Source of the DNA: Actinomycetota bacterium
Lineage (GTDB): Bacteria > Actinomycetota > Nitriliruptoria > Euzebyales > JAHELV01
NCBI GenBank assembly: GCA_019347695.1
Contig: JAHWKT010000005.1
Span: forward strand, 1 to 48,215
DNA length: 48,215 nt
Direction: 5' to 3'
Both the position numbers and the translations under genes were made by a program. Shown here in pieces: positions 48,196-48,215 of this stretch; the stretch's first letter is position 1; every line of letters starts with the position of its first letter. The notes beneath the pieces are model-generated. The model worked only from the letters and a program-made list of their open reading frames with translations, ran no database searches and was not told the origin of the DNA.

Positions 48196-48215
48196 CTAGA
48201 CTTCGCGACGGTGGA

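Noticed and set aside
1-48215. Integrase, transposase, relaxase or phage genes
   Set aside because: No R-H-R-Y, DDE, serine recombinase or structural gene motifs were recognised in any ORF.
1-48215. Many long Arg/Pro/Ala-rich alternative and antisense ORFs
   Set aside because: Expected shadows of real genes in stop-poor high-GC sequence; no family motifs.
8515-48215. All lesions being sequencing error
   Set aside because: Lesions are unevenly distributed and include in-frame stops, large deletions and fusions; individual 1-nt indels could still be errors.

Overview
High-GC actinobacterial DNA with two parts. Bases 1-8.5 kb are intact housekeeping/catabolic genes: a 2-aminobenzoyl/salicylyl-CoA-type beta-oxidation cluster, a degenerate type II dehydroquinase fused to an HGGxW hydrolase, a predicted beta-propeller protein and a GH3 glycosidase. 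From about 8.5 kb to the end is an accessory, decaying island in which intact modules sit among many truncated, frameshifted or deletion-fused fragments. Intact modules include cspA, a NodB deacetylase, a Zn-alcohol dehydrogenase, a TetR-hydrolase-hydrolase/glycosyltransferase-OsmC-flavoprotein cluster, an MFS transporter with ACC deaminase, a USP, an ArnR-like regulator with DUF488, two K+/H+ antiporters (one with a C-terminal UBP zinc finger) and five toxin-antitoxin operons (plus two relics). The strongest non-coding signal is at 44965-45286: the 3' half of tRNA-Ala(GGC) flanked on both sides by TGGCTACGTYG arm-type repeats, with two 10-bp-phased GTCC arrays on one side. This looks like a complete attP-like site with no integrase nearby, and a degenerate copy of the same element end (vapC plus arm repeat) lies 17 kb away at about 28.1-28.4 kb. 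The TetR cluster has the same perfect 16-bp palindrome in front of both of its transcription units. All protein calls come from motif recognition by eye; no searches were run.
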